Below, one piece after another: positions 9,246 through 18,655 of a stretch of 43,407 nucleotides of DNA (the first letter of the stretch is position 1; each line of letters starts with the position of its first letter). Origin of the DNA: a virus (lineage: Duplodnaviria; Caudoviricetes). The DNA lies in the IMG/VR virus record IMGVR_UViG_3300037424_001991, positions 1 through 43,407 of that record. One strand, written 5' to 3'. The position numbers were made by a program, and so were the translations under genes. The notes under the pieces were generated by a model, which did not search any database, was not told the origin of the DNA, and was given only the letters and a program-made list of their open reading frames with translations.

Positions 9246-10899
9246 CGAACAACCGGAAAATAGCGGTGTCACCAATGATATGTCGGAGATCAGAAGGCTG
9301 AGCCAGGAGCGGGCCGAGGCGGAGCGCGAGGCCGCGAAGTCCGACAAACCTCAAGGGGTGGCGGGCCTTTCCCTTGATTTCATCGCCGAATGCCGAAAAA
9401 AGGATGAGCTGGGAGACTCTGAGCTCTATAGCGCCATTCATCGCGAAAGATTTGCGATGAATATTGACACCGAAGGCGTGTGGTACGCCTTCTCAGACCA
9501 TAGATGGCAGATAGACAAAAACAAATGCTGGGCACTTGCGGCGGTTGAAGATGTGGTCCAGGCCTACATTCGCGAGCTGGCAGACGTAGAAGAGAAGATA
9601 GCCAGCCTTGAGAGTGACGAAAACAAGAAAGATATCGTCAAAAAACTCAAAAATAAACGAAATGCGATAATTTCTCGGTGCAGTCGGCTCCGTAAGGGCC
9701 GGGGCCGAAAAAGCATGATCGATATGGCGACCTCGAACTCCAATCCGCTGGTTCTGTCCTATGATCGGCTCGACCAGGACCCATTTCTCCTGGGGGTGAA
9801 AAACGGGGTGGTGGATCTGCAAACCGGCGTTCTCCGTCCCGGCCGCCCGGGCGACTATATCACCATCGTCGCCCCCACCGAATACCTCGGCATTAAGGCC
9901 AAGTGCGATGCCTGGCGCCATTTTCTCCTCGAGGTCCTGGTAGACCAAGACACCATCGACTATGTCCAGCGGCTCCTGGGATATTCCATCATCGGCACCG
10001 ATCTCGGGGTCCGGGTCTTCCCCATCTTCTACGGGGAGTATGCCCAAAACGGCAAGGGCACCATCCAGTCAGTTGTTCTCTCGGTGCTCGGCCAAGTGGC
10101 GGGCACCATTCAGTCGGAGATGCTGATCTCCACTAAGTTCGCCAAGTCGGCCGGCAGCCCCACCCCGGAGATCATGGATCTCAAGGGAAAGCGCACGTTG
10201 TTCGCCAGCGAGACCGAAAAAGGCCAGCGCTTCGCCACCGCCGCGGTCAAGCGGTATGCCGGCGGCGATAAGCTCAAAGGCCGCGGTCTGCAGGATCGCG
10301 CCTTCACCGAGTTTCGCCCGAGCCACACCATGTTTCTGATCACCAATTACATGCCCCATGCCCAGGCAGACGATAACGGCTTTCACCTCAGGGCCAAGGT
10401 CATCCCCTTTCCTTTTTCCTTTGTCGAGGATCCGAAGGCGCCATACGAGAAAAAGGCGGACACAAAGCTTCAGGCGAAGCTCCTGGCAGAGGCCTCCGGG
10501 ATCCTCGGTTGGCTGGTTGAGGGGGCGCTCCTCTTCCAGCAGATGGGGCTGGCCACTCCGGACAGCATCAAGGAGCCGACCGCTGCGTACCGACGCGGCG
10601 AGGATCAGGTCCTCGATTTCGTGGAGGCCTGCTGCATCCTGGATCCAGACTTCAAGGAGAACGCCACAAATCTCTACACCACGTTCCGGATCTGGTGGCG
10701 GGAAAATATCAACAACACCCCGCCAAGCATCAGAAACTTCGGCGACGGGCTCAAGATGCATTTCAAAAAGGAGAAGAATGGCACGGTCACCTACTATGGT
10801 CTGCAGGTTAAGCCGGACCTTCTGGCGGCTGCTCTCAAGGCCGGAAAATCATCCGATTCAGGTGGCTCATGGGCTAACAATGGACAGTCTGGACAGTAA
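9238..10899 (+). CDS. P4/D5-family primase-helicase (D5_N + SF3 helicase)
   Basis: LGVKNGVVDLQTG, Walker A-like GEYAQNGKGT, FASE, FLITNYMP. Confidence 0.92.
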   Translation: MSDEQPENSGVTNDMSEIRRLSQERAEAEREAAKSDKPQGVAGLSLDFIAECRKKDELGDSELYSAIHRERFAMNIDTEGVWYAFSDHRWQIDKNKCWALAAVEDVVQAYIRELADVEEKIASLESDENKKDIVKKLKNKRNAIISRCSRLRKGRGRKSMIDMATSNSNPLVLSYDRLDQDPFLLGVKNGVVDLQTGVLRPGRPGDYITIVAPTEYLGIKAKCDAWRHFLLEVLVDQDTIDYVQRLLGYSIIGTDLGVRVFPIFYGEYAQNGKGTIQSVVLSVLGQVAGTIQSEMLISTKFAKSAGSPTPEIMDLKGKRTLFASETEKGQRFATAAVKRYAGGDKLKGRGLQDRAFTEFRPSHTMFLITNYMPHAQADDNGFHLRAKVIPFPFSFVEDPKAPYEKKADTKLQAKLLAEASGILGWLVEGALLFQQMGLATPDSIKEPTAAYRRGEDQVLDFVEACCILDPDFKENATNLYTTFRIWWRENINNTPPSIRNFGDGLKMHFKKEKNGTVTYYGLQVKPDLLAAALKAGKSSDSGGSWANNGQSGQ

Positions 10900-11073
10900 A
10901 ATGGATATTTACACCAAGATCAAACAGGCCATATTTTATCTGATTACAGATAGTTACGCTATTGCGTCTGGACGGTGGACAATCAGGACGGTGTTACCTA
11001 GCCAAATAAATTCACAGGGGGAATGTTTACGCGCGTGCGTACTATATAACCCTCCTAACTGTCCAACTATCCA
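10881..11073. repeat. Putative replication-origin iterons
   Basis: Cluster of TGGACAG/TGGACGG/TGGACAA repeats with inverted CTGTCCA/CTATCCA copies between the helicase and primase genes. Confidence 0.5.
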
Positions 11074-11100
11074 AAAAGAAGAAGAGAAAGAGAAGAGAAT

Positions 11101-12597
11101 ATGATGCAATTCTTTAATTTCCCTGGCTTTTCCGGATTTCGGGCCGGCGGCAAAAACGGTGGAGAGTACCATGGCAAATGTCCGGGCAATGGTCCAGACT
11201 GCATTTGCCTTGAGAAAAACAACAACCGGATGCGGGTCTGGCCGCTGCAGGGCAACACCGGTACCTTCAGCTGCCGCAAGTGCGGCCGGGGCGGCGACGC
11301 CATCCAGTGGCTAGACGATTTCGAGGGCAAGGGCTATCTCGAGGCCTGCGCCTATCTCGGCATCGAGCCCAAGACCCAGACCAAGGCCTCTGTTCCCGGG
11401 CGTTCCTCCAGGGCCCGGCCGGTGGCGGAGCAGGCCCGCAAGCTCACCATCCACCCCTTTTCCTCTCCGTCTGCGGTGTGGATCGAACATGCCGAGAAGT
11501 TCGTGGCCGGATGCCATGAGCAGCTGCTGGCCAACCAGGAGCAGCTCGACTATCTCGCGGCCAGGGGCATCAGCCGTGAGGCGGTTGTCGCCTGCCTCCT
11601 CGGCTGGAACCAGGCGGACACCTACCGCGCCCGGGAGAGCTGGGGCCTGCCCACCGAACTGCACGGACAAAGCGGCAAGGCCAAGCGGCTCTGGCTTCCG
11701 GCCGGCTTGGTCATCCCGGTGTACCGCAGCGGCGTGCTCCAGCGGGTGCGGGTACGGCGGCCGGAATCAGAACGGGCAAAGATGTGCGAAAACCTCAAAT
11801 ATTACCGGATCCCCGGCTCCTCCATCACCACCATGATCCTGGGCGACTCCACCCGGGCCTTCGCGGTAGTGGAGGCGGAGCTGGACGCCGTGGCCATCTT
11901 CTCCGCCGCCGCCGATCTGGTCTCCGCCGTCTCCATCGAAACCCTGGAGGGAAACCTGGACGCCGAGGCCTACGCGCTCCTTTCCGGATCCCTGGCCATT
12001 CTCGACGCCCTGGATGCGGACGCTCCGACCACTCCGGCCCTGCAGCGCGCCCTGGCAAAGTGGTCCGCAACCTTCGAGCGGCATCTGCGCTGGCCGGTGC
12101 CGATGGGCAAGGACCCGGGCGATGCGTTCAAGGCCGGGGTTGATCTCCGCGCCTGGGTCCTTGAAGGCCTACCCCCGGTATTCAAGATCGGTTCCGGACG
12201 TTCGGAGCTTCCCGGACAGTCCGCTTTTTCTGGTTTGTCGGAGGGGGGGGCGGAAATTGAGGCAGGCGCCGTGGAGGAAATGGCGGTGGAAGGCGTGGGG
12301 AGTGCCTTGGATGATGTGGAAAAACAGGAAACGCCCCCCACGGTTGTGGCGGTGGAAGACGATCTCGCCGAGCTGGCCGGGCTGCTGGAGAAAAATCCGG
12401 TCCAGGTGGTCAAGAGCCTCCGGGATGGATACGAGGTGCGCATCCAGTGGCAACCGTCCTGGCGCTCCGCCAACCAGGAGCTGGCCAACCGGATATCCGA
12501 TCTGGTGCATAAATCAGAGGCGGTTGCTGTGGCCATCCATCGGCATCCGGCCATAGTGATTCATGGCCGAAATCTTTTGATGGGGAAACAAATATGA
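11101..12597 (+). CDS. Zinc-finger DNA primase-like protein (Toprim)
   Basis: GEYHGKCP...FSCRKCGRGGDAIQW, VVEAELDA, DAD, GKDPGD. Confidence 0.85.
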   Translation: MMQFFNFPGFSGFRAGGKNGGEYHGKCPGNGPDCICLEKNNNRMRVWPLQGNTGTFSCRKCGRGGDAIQWLDDFEGKGYLEACAYLGIEPKTQTKASVPGRSSRARPVAEQARKLTIHPFSSPSAVWIEHAEKFVAGCHEQLLANQEQLDYLAARGISREAVVACLLGWNQADTYRARESWGLPTELHGQSGKAKRLWLPAGLVIPVYRSGVLQRVRVRRPESERAKMCENLKYYRIPGSSITTMILGDSTRAFAVVEAELDAVAIFSAAADLVSAVSIETLEGNLDAEAYALLSGSLAILDALDADAPTTPALQRALAKWSATFERHLRWPVPMGKDPGDAFKAGVDLRAWVLEGLPPVFKIGSGRSELPGQSAFSGLSEGGAEIEAGAVEEMAVEGVGSALDDVEKQETPPTVVAVEDDLAELAGLLEKNPVQVVKSLRDGYEVRIQWQPSWRSANQELANRISDLVHKSEAVAVAIHRHPAIVIHGRNLLMGKQI

Positions 12598-14390
12598 CTC
12601 CTGTCATCCTGAAATATCGTGAGCGCTTCCGCAAATCCCCGCAGCTCTCCATCAACTTCGGTGAGCTGGCCATTGATAATTTCGCCGGCGGCGGCGGAGC
12701 GTCAACCGGGATTGAGGCTGCCATCGGCCGTCCGGTGGATATCGCCATCAACCACGACCCAGTCGCCGTGGCCATGCACGAAGTCAATCACCCCGGCACG
12801 CGCCACTATCCCGCATCGGTGTGGGATGTTGACCCGCGCAAGGTTTGCGGGGGTCGTCCGGTTGGTATCGTCTGGTTCAGCCCGGATTGTAAGCACTATT
12901 CAAAGGCCCGCGGCGGAAAGCCGGTTGAAAAAAAGATCAGGAGTCTCGCCTGGGTGGCAGTGCGTTGGGCGGCTACGGTCAAGCCCAGGCTGATCGCCCT
13001 GGAAAATGTCGAGGAGTTTGTCACCTGGGGTCCGCTGGTTACAGATATAAACGGCGACTGCTACCCATGCAAGAAACGGAAGGGCCAAACGTTCCGGAGC
13101 TTCGTCAATGCGCTCCGCCGCCAGGGATATGAGGTGGACTGGAAAGAGTTGCGGGCCTGCGATTACGGTGCCCCGACCATCCGCAAGCGTTTCTTCCTGA
13201 TCGCCCGCTGCGATGGCCAGCCGATTGCCTGGCCGGAACCGACCCACGGAGATCCGAAAAGCGCTGCGGTAAAGAGCGGGAGGCTGAAGCCATGGCGGAC
13301 TGCCGCCGAGTGCATTGATTGGTCCCTGCCCTGCCCTTCGATATTCGAGCGCAAGAAGCCTTTGGCCGAGGCCACCATGCGGCGGATAGCCAAGGGGGTT
13401 ATGCGGTATGTGGTGGAGAGCCCAGAACCGTTCATCGTGCCGCTCACCCATCACGGAAAGCGGCAAAACCACAATATCAACGAACCATTCAAAACGGTGA
13501 CCGGCGCAAATCGCGGCGAACTGGCACTCGTAGCTCCAATTCTCACTGAACACGCCAATGCATCATCCCCGCGTTGTATGCCAATAGCGAGCCCGATGCG
13601 GACGCAATGTGCCCAGGTGAAAGGTGGACATTTTGCCATGGTTTCCGCCTTCCTCGCCAAGCATTACAGCGGGGTTGTCGGATCAGAATTAACCATGCCC
13701 ATCGGAACAGTGACCGGCATCGATCACCACTCCCTGGTTGCCGCCAGTGTGGTGCGCCATTTCGGAGAAAGCGTCGGCTCTTCTCCCGCCGAACCGGTCG
13801 GGACCATCACTGCCGGAGGCCTTGGCAAGACCGGGATTATCGCGGCGAATCTTGTCAGAAATTTCGGGAAAAGCTTCGGGGCCGATGCGGCAGGTCCGGC
13901 CTGTACCATCACCGGGAAAAGCAAAGACTCCCTGGTCACCTCTCACCTGGTCAAGCTGCGCGGCACCTGTAAGGACGGCCAGCCGGTAACCAAGCCGGCC
14001 CCAACCATCACCGCCAGCGGCACCCATGTCGGCGAGGTCCGGGCCTTCCTGATGAAATACTACGGGACGGATCAAGACCCCAAGCTGGTGGAGCCGCTCC
14101 ACACGGTGACCACGAAAGACCGCTTTGGCTTGGTTACCGTCAAGGGCGAGGAATACCGGATCGTAGATATAGGCATGCGGATGTTGTCTCCCCGGGAGCT
14201 GTACCGTGCCCAAGGATTCCCGGATAACTACATCATCGACCGCGATTCGCACGGCAAGCCCATCACCAAGACCGAACAGGTTGCCAAGTGCGGCAACAGT
14301 GTCTGCCCGCCAATCGCGGAGGCACTGGTGCGAGCGAACATGGCGGCGGTCGAGGTTATCGCTGTCGGAAACCCATCAGCCCGGGCTTAG
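12594..14390 (+). CDS. DNA (cytosine-5) methyltransferase
   Basis: DNFAGGGG (motif I), SPDC (IV), LENV (VI), RKRFF (VIII), GNSV (X). Confidence 0.93.
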   Translation: MTPVILKYRERFRKSPQLSINFGELAIDNFAGGGGASTGIEAAIGRPVDIAINHDPVAVAMHEVNHPGTRHYPASVWDVDPRKVCGGRPVGIVWFSPDCKHYSKARGGKPVEKKIRSLAWVAVRWAATVKPRLIALENVEEFVTWGPLVTDINGDCYPCKKRKGQTFRSFVNALRRQGYEVDWKELRACDYGAPTIRKRFFLIARCDGQPIAWPEPTHGDPKSAAVKSGRLKPWRTAAECIDWSLPCPSIFERKKPLAEATMRRIAKGVMRYVVESPEPFIVPLTHHGKRQNHNINEPFKTVTGANRGELALVAPILTEHANASSPRCMPIASPMRTQCAQVKGGHFAMVSAFLAKHYSGVVGSELTMPIGTVTGIDHHSLVAASVVRHFGESVGSSPAEPVGTITAGGLGKTGIIAANLVRNFGKSFGADAAGPACTITGKSKDSLVTSHLVKLRGTCKDGQPVTKPAPTITASGTHVGEVRAFLMKYYGTDQDPKLVEPLHTVTTKDRFGLVTVKGEEYRIVDIGMRMLSPRELYRAQGFPDNYIIDRDSHGKPITKTEQVAKCGNSVCPPIAEALVRANMAAVEVIAVGNPSARA

Positions 14391-14416
14391 GTAAGACAAC
14401 AAGAGGGGGAAAGGAT

Positions 14417-15601
14417 ATGACAATGCCAGCGGAGAAACGCATCAAAAAAGGGTTGTGGTGGGACCGCAACTGGCCAGTGCTGGAAGGCTGTACCCCGTGC
14501 TCGCCTGCCTGCGATAACTGCTTTGCCGCCGAGTATGCCCACCGTTTTGAGGGTTCGCTCCCGTATCTACGCGGGTTGACCACGCCGGAAGGCAAATGGA
14601 ATGGCACCGTGATCATGCGCCAGGATCAGCTTGACCTGCCTCTCAAGACCAAGAAGCCCACCGTCTGGTTTGTGGCCGAACGGTCCGATCTGTTCCATCC
14701 GTCGGTGCCGGTTGAATACCTGGACCGCATCTTTGCGGTGATGGCGATGTCTCCGCAGCACACCTTCATGGTGCTGACCAAGCGGCCGGAGCGGATGCGG
14801 GATTATTTCTCTGGGTGGGTCGGCGGCAGCAGGGAGGTAAAAACGTCCAGTCCGAATATTATGGGCGAATTGCGCTTGCCGTTTCCCAACCTCTGGCTTG
14901 GCGTCACCGCCGAAAACCAGGAGCAGGCAGACAAGCGCCAAAACTGTATTCTTGCCTCTGGACGCCACCCTGCCCGAATACCTGCGCTGGCACCAACTCA
15001 ACCGGGCCGCCAGCACCCATGCCGATGTCAAGCAGGCCATGCCCAAGATCATGCGGATCTTTGGCAAGCTCACCGTGGCTCAGATCAGGCCGGCGCATAT
15101 CACCGACTTTGTCGCCCTATAAAACTCGAGGATTTTGATAAAGAGCTTGGAGAGCCATATATTGGTCGAGACTATTTGCGTGTAATCCATGACCCAGTGC
15201 AGCAAGAAGATGTGCGCGGTCATATCGATTGGGTCATATGCGGTGGAGAATCAGGCAACAAGGCAAGGCCGGTGCATCCCGATTGGGTGCGCTCTCTCCG
15301 TGATCAATGCGCCCACGCCGGTGTCCCTTTCCTCTTTAAGCAGTGGGGGGAATGGATTGAGTGTAGCTCTGATTCGACCGCCGCAAGATCGACGCCTCAC
15401 AGTGGGTATTGTTCGCCGATTGCCTACACCCCATTCAAAGAGCACCACAACTCCTGGTGTTATCAAGATGGGCGATGTAAATCAGCCAGGACGCTTGAGG
15501 AGGAGGGATTTTGTTTTGTTGCCAAAGTGGGCAAGAAAGCAGCCGGGCGCCTCCTGGACGGCAAGGAACATCTGGAGTTCCCCCGGGCCTTCGCATGCTG
15601 A
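14417..15601 (+). CDS. Phage Gp37/Gp68 (DUF5131)-family protein, interrupted in frame by an integrase-derived segment
   Basis: GCTPCSPACDNCFA, SDLFH, LTKRPER, WLGVTAENQ, DWVICGGESG, FLFKQWG. The usual SxEPLLG segment is missing and replaced by 14934-15118. Confidence 0.85.
   Translation: MTMPAEKRIKKGLWWDRNWPVLEGCTPCSPACDNCFAAEYAHRFEGSLPYLRGLTTPEGKWNGTVIMRQDQLDLPLKTKKPTVWFVAERSDLFHPSVPVEYLDRIFAVMAMSPQHTFMVLTKRPERMRDYFSGWVGGSREVKTSSPNIMGELRLPFPNLWLGVTAENQEQADKRQNCILASGRHPARIPALAPTQPGRQHPCRCQAGHAQDHADLWQAHRGSDQAGAYHRLCRPIKLEDFDKELGEPYIGRDYLRVIHDPVQQEDVRGHIDWVICGGESGNKARPVHPDWVRSLRDQCAHAGVPFLFKQWGEWIECSSDSTAARSTPHSGYCSPIAYTPFKEHHNSWCYQDGRCKSARTLEEEGFCFVAKVGKKAAGRLLDGKEHLEFPRAFAC
14934..15118 (+). 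repeat. Exact inverted copy of integrase-internal segment 1099-1283
   Basis: 185 bp identical to the reverse complement of 1099-1283, checked base by base. Confidence 0.97.
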
Positions 15602-16944
15602 AAATTGAAACCTGGCCCCTGGCCAAGATCATCCCCGACGAAAACCATCTGCGCAAGAACAACCACGCGGTGGGCAAGGTGGCCGAGGCCATTGCCACCT
15701 TTGGTTTCCGTGTGCCCCTTCTGGTGCGCAGCCCAGGCGAGTTGGTGGATGGTGATCTCCGCTATAAGGCTGCCAAGCTGCTAAAGTTTACAGAAGTGCC
15801 GGTCATCCTGGTCGACGATCTTTCCGATGCCCAGATCCGCGCTTTCAAAATCTCCGTCAACCGCATGGCTGACTTGGCAGAGTGGGATGAGGAGCTGCTC
15901 GCTGCGGAGCTACAGCGCCTCATGGACGATGGCTTTCCGGTGGAGCTGACCGGCTTCGATATGGACGAAGTCGACAAGCTGCTGGCCGGCCTGGTCGACA
16001 ACGAAAAAGACCCGGACCTCGCCCCGCCGCCTCCGGCTAATCCGGTAACAGAGCGCGGTGATCTGTGGATCATCGGCGATCACCTTCTCCTGTGCGGAGA
16101 CTCCACCTCCAGCGAAGATTTCACCCTACTCATGGCTTGCGAGACCGCCGATCTGGTCTGGACCGATCCGCCATACAACGTCGATTACAAAGGCAAGGCA
16201 GGGAAGATCCTCAACGACAAGATGAAATCTTCGGAGTTTTCCGCCTTCATGTGCCAGGTGTTTTCCTGCCTGGCTGCGATCATGGCCCCAGGGGCGCCCA
16301 TCTATGTTGCCCATGCCGACACGGAACGGCTCAACGTGCAGGGGGCCATGAATACTGCCGGGCTCAAGGTGGCCTCCTGTCTGATCTGGCGCAAGAATCA
16401 GATGGTGCTGGGCCGCGCCGATTACCACTGGCAGCATGAACCGATTCTCTACGGCTGGAAGCCAGGGAGTAGGCACAGCTGGCACGGTGGCCGCACCAGA
16501 CGCACCGTGTTCGAGCTGGATGGAGATCCGCAGGCAATGCGGATTAGCGACACCCAGATCCAGGTCAAGGTCGGGGATGAATTCCTGCTGGTCTCCGGTG
16601 AAAACCTCAGCGTGGACCGGTACTGCTCAACCATTGCCTGCGAGGACAAGCCCCTGCGCAATGAAGACCATCCGACCATGAAGCCGGTGGCGCTGATCGA
16701 GCGGTTCCTCGCCAACAGCAGCCGCCCGGGCAATGTCGTGGTGGATGCCTTCGGCGGCTCCGGCTCCACCCTGATCGCTTGCGAGATCCGCAAACGCAAG
16801 GCCAGGCTTATGGAGCTCGACCCGCGCTTCTGCGATGTCATCGTGCGCCGCTGGCAGGAATATACCGGCGGAATTGCAACTTTGGCTGGCACGGATGCCA
16901 GTTTTAATCAGGTGAAGGAACTCCGAGGTAAGGTGGATGATTGA
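15595..16944 (+). CDS. ParB-like N-terminus + DNA N6-adenine/N4-cytosine methyltransferase
   Basis: FGFRVPLLV, TDPPYN, HPTMKP, DAFGGSGST. Confidence 0.92.
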   Translation: MLKIETWPLAKIIPDENHLRKNNHAVGKVAEAIATFGFRVPLLVRSPGELVDGDLRYKAAKLLKFTEVPVILVDDLSDAQIRAFKISVNRMADLAEWDEELLAAELQRLMDDGFPVELTGFDMDEVDKLLAGLVDNEKDPDLAPPPPANPVTERGDLWIIGDHLLLCGDSTSSEDFTLLMACETADLVWTDPPYNVDYKGKAGKILNDKMKSSEFSAFMCQVFSCLAAIMAPGAPIYVAHADTERLNVQGAMNTAGLKVASCLIWRKNQMVLGRADYHWQHEPILYGWKPGSRHSWHGGRTRRTVFELDGDPQAMRISDTQIQVKVGDEFLLVSGENLSVDRYCSTIACEDKPLRNEDHPTMKPVALIERFLANSSRPGNVVVDAFGGSGSTLIACEIRKRKARLMELDPRFCDVIVRRWQEYTGGIATLAGTDASFNQVKELRGKVDD

Positions 16945-17695
16945 ACGCCTCCCCAATGAAATTCTTGACGCAGCCAGCAAGCCAGAGCAGGTCGAATACA
17001 CGATCCACTACAAGGCAGTGCTCAAGGCTGCCAAGGCCTATGGCGATGAACCATCCACCGCCAGGAAGAAGATCTGGGAAGAGTCGAAACGGTCATTGTC
17101 CGACCAGGAAGCGCATCTGATGGAAAAATACGGAAAGGAACAGGCCGCGCCGGACACCTTTGCCACCCAACAGGATGTGCTGGTCTACCTCAAGGCCGGT
17201 GGCTATAAGATCGAGAAGTCCGCCCTCTCGAACCATGTGCGGACCCGGCTGCTGATTAAGAAACAAGGGGTTTTCCGCCGCCAGGATGTGGATAAATACG
17301 CGGATCTCCATCTGCAGTCCGGAGCCACAGGCCAAAAAGCTGCGGACAAAAAGCTGGCCGGGCTGCAGGAGCGCAAGCTCAAAGCCGAAACCGACCGCAC
17401 CGAGGAGCAGGCGCGAAAGGCCAAGCTCGAGCGGGAGGCCATGGAAGGGAAAATGCTCCCGAGGGCCGATGTCGAGCTGGAGCTTGCCGCCCGGGCGGTG
17501 GTCATCGACTCCGGGATCAGCGGCCTTATCCAATCGCATGCCGCCACCTGGATCGACCTGGTCGCCGGCGACCAGGCAAAGCTCCCGGATCTCACCGAGG
17601 CCATGGCCAACAACTTTCGCACCCTGCTCAACGAATACGCCACCACCGATATCATCCGGGTGGTGCTCAATCGCGGCGGAAAAAGCGATGATTGA
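16937..17695 (+). CDS. terS: Terminase small subunit (Nu1-like)
   Basis: HTH-like segment followed by coiled coil ERKLKAE...KAKLERE..EGKMLPRADV; lies between the methylase and (beyond the integron) terL. Confidence 0.7.
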   Translation: MIERLPNEILDAASKPEQVEYTIHYKAVLKAAKAYGDEPSTARKKIWEESKRSLSDQEAHLMEKYGKEQAAPDTFATQQDVLVYLKAGGYKIEKSALSNHVRTRLLIKKQGVFRRQDVDKYADLHLQSGATGQKAADKKLAGLQERKLKAETDRTEEQARKAKLEREAMEGKMLPRADVELELAARAVVIDSGISGLIQSHAATWIDLVAGDQAKLPDLTEAMANNFRTLLNEYATTDIIRVVLNRGGKSDD

Positions 17696-17774
17696 CCCGG
17701 CTAATAAATATGCCACCGGAACAGTAAACCATCCCACCGGAAAACCGTTAAAACTCACCGGACCGCGCCAATGA
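17688..17774 (+). CDS. 28-aa linker ORF coupling terS to the first cassette gene
   Basis: Starts in ATGATTGA overlapping the terS stop and ends in ATGA overlapping the next start. Confidence 0.4.
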   Translation: MIDPANKYATGTVNHPTGKPLKLTGPRQ

Positions 17775-17828
17775 AACAGAATAAAAAACGCACAGATCCT
17801 CGCGGTCCGGTGGAGAGCTTTGTTAGCC
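17739..17828 (-). other. attC: attC site 4 (distal; R' box degenerate)
   Basis: Minus strand: GGCTAAC AAAGC TCTCCACC GGACCGCG...CGCGGTCC GGTGAGT TTTAACG GTTTTCC. Confidence 0.8.
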
Positions 17829-18571
17829 GTTCCGGTGCTGTGGTTGCCTCATACGGCGGAGGAACAAACAGCACTGCCATGATTATTGAATGGGTTGCCC
17901 GTGGTCTGCGATTGGATGCTGTAGTTTTCGCGGACACCGGGGCCGAGAAGCCAGAGACGTATGCTTTTGTTGATCTGTTTTCTGGCTGGCTGGTGCAGCA
18001 TGGATACCCTGCGGTGGTGGTTGTTCGTAATGACGGGATGCACGGCAGCCTGGAACGGGAGTGCTTGACAAATGGCCGGTTGCCGTCCGCCACTTTTGGG
18101 TTTTCGTCCTGCTCGGACAAGTACAAGTTGAGGCCGTTTCGTAAGTGGCTAAAGACCTCGGGCCTGGAAAACGTAACTGTGCTCCTTGGTTTTGACGCTG
18201 GAGAGCCGGGCAGGAAGTCACGGGCGCTGAAATATGCCAGCGGGTATGACAAGGTTTTTCCGCTGATTGAATGGGAGTGGAGCCGTGAGCGGTGCATTGA
18301 GGCCATTGACAATGCTGGCTTACCCCGGCCAGGCAAGAGCGCCTGCTTTTTTTGCCCCAACACCAAGCCCCATGAAATCTTGAAACTCCAGGCCTACCAC
18401 CCGGATCTGGTCGAACGGGCGATTGCGATAGAAGACAACGCTAGCCTCCGCAGCATTAAGGGCCTGGGGCGGGCGTGGTCGTGGAAAGATTTTATCTGTG
18501 CCGATGACGCACAGCAAAAAATGTTTGGCAGCGTTTGCATGGGGCAACCATGTGGATGCTACGACGGCTAA
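17771..18571 (+). CDS. PAPS-reductase-family (PP-loop) protein; cassette 4 gene, inverted
   Basis: SYGGGTNST, FADTGAE, YKLRP, FPLIEW, KSACFFCP. Starts inside attC4; its TAA stop lies in the next attC R' box. Confidence 0.85.
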   Translation: MKQNKKRTDPRGPVESFVSRSGAVVASYGGGTNSTAMIIEWVARGLRLDAVVFADTGAEKPETYAFVDLFSGWLVQHGYPAVVVVRNDGMHGSLERECLTNGRLPSATFGFSSCSDKYKLRPFRKWLKTSGLENVTVLLGFDAGEPGRKSRALKYASGYDKVFPLIEWEWSRERCIEAIDNAGLPRPGKSACFFCPNTKPHEILKLQAYHPDLVERAIAIEDNASLRSIKGLGRAWSWKDFICADDAQQKMFGSVCMGQPCGCYDG

Positions 18572-18655
18572 CGTGGCTGGTCACTTGCCAGCCGACAAAC
18601 TTGAATAACAAAAACCGCCGCTCCAACCTGGTCAAGTGCAGTAGCTTTGTTGGGC
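18566..18655 (-). other. attC: attC site 3
   Basis: Minus strand: GCCCAAC AAAGCT ACTGCACT TGAC...GGCA AGTGACC AGCCAC GTTAGCC. Confidence 0.88.
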
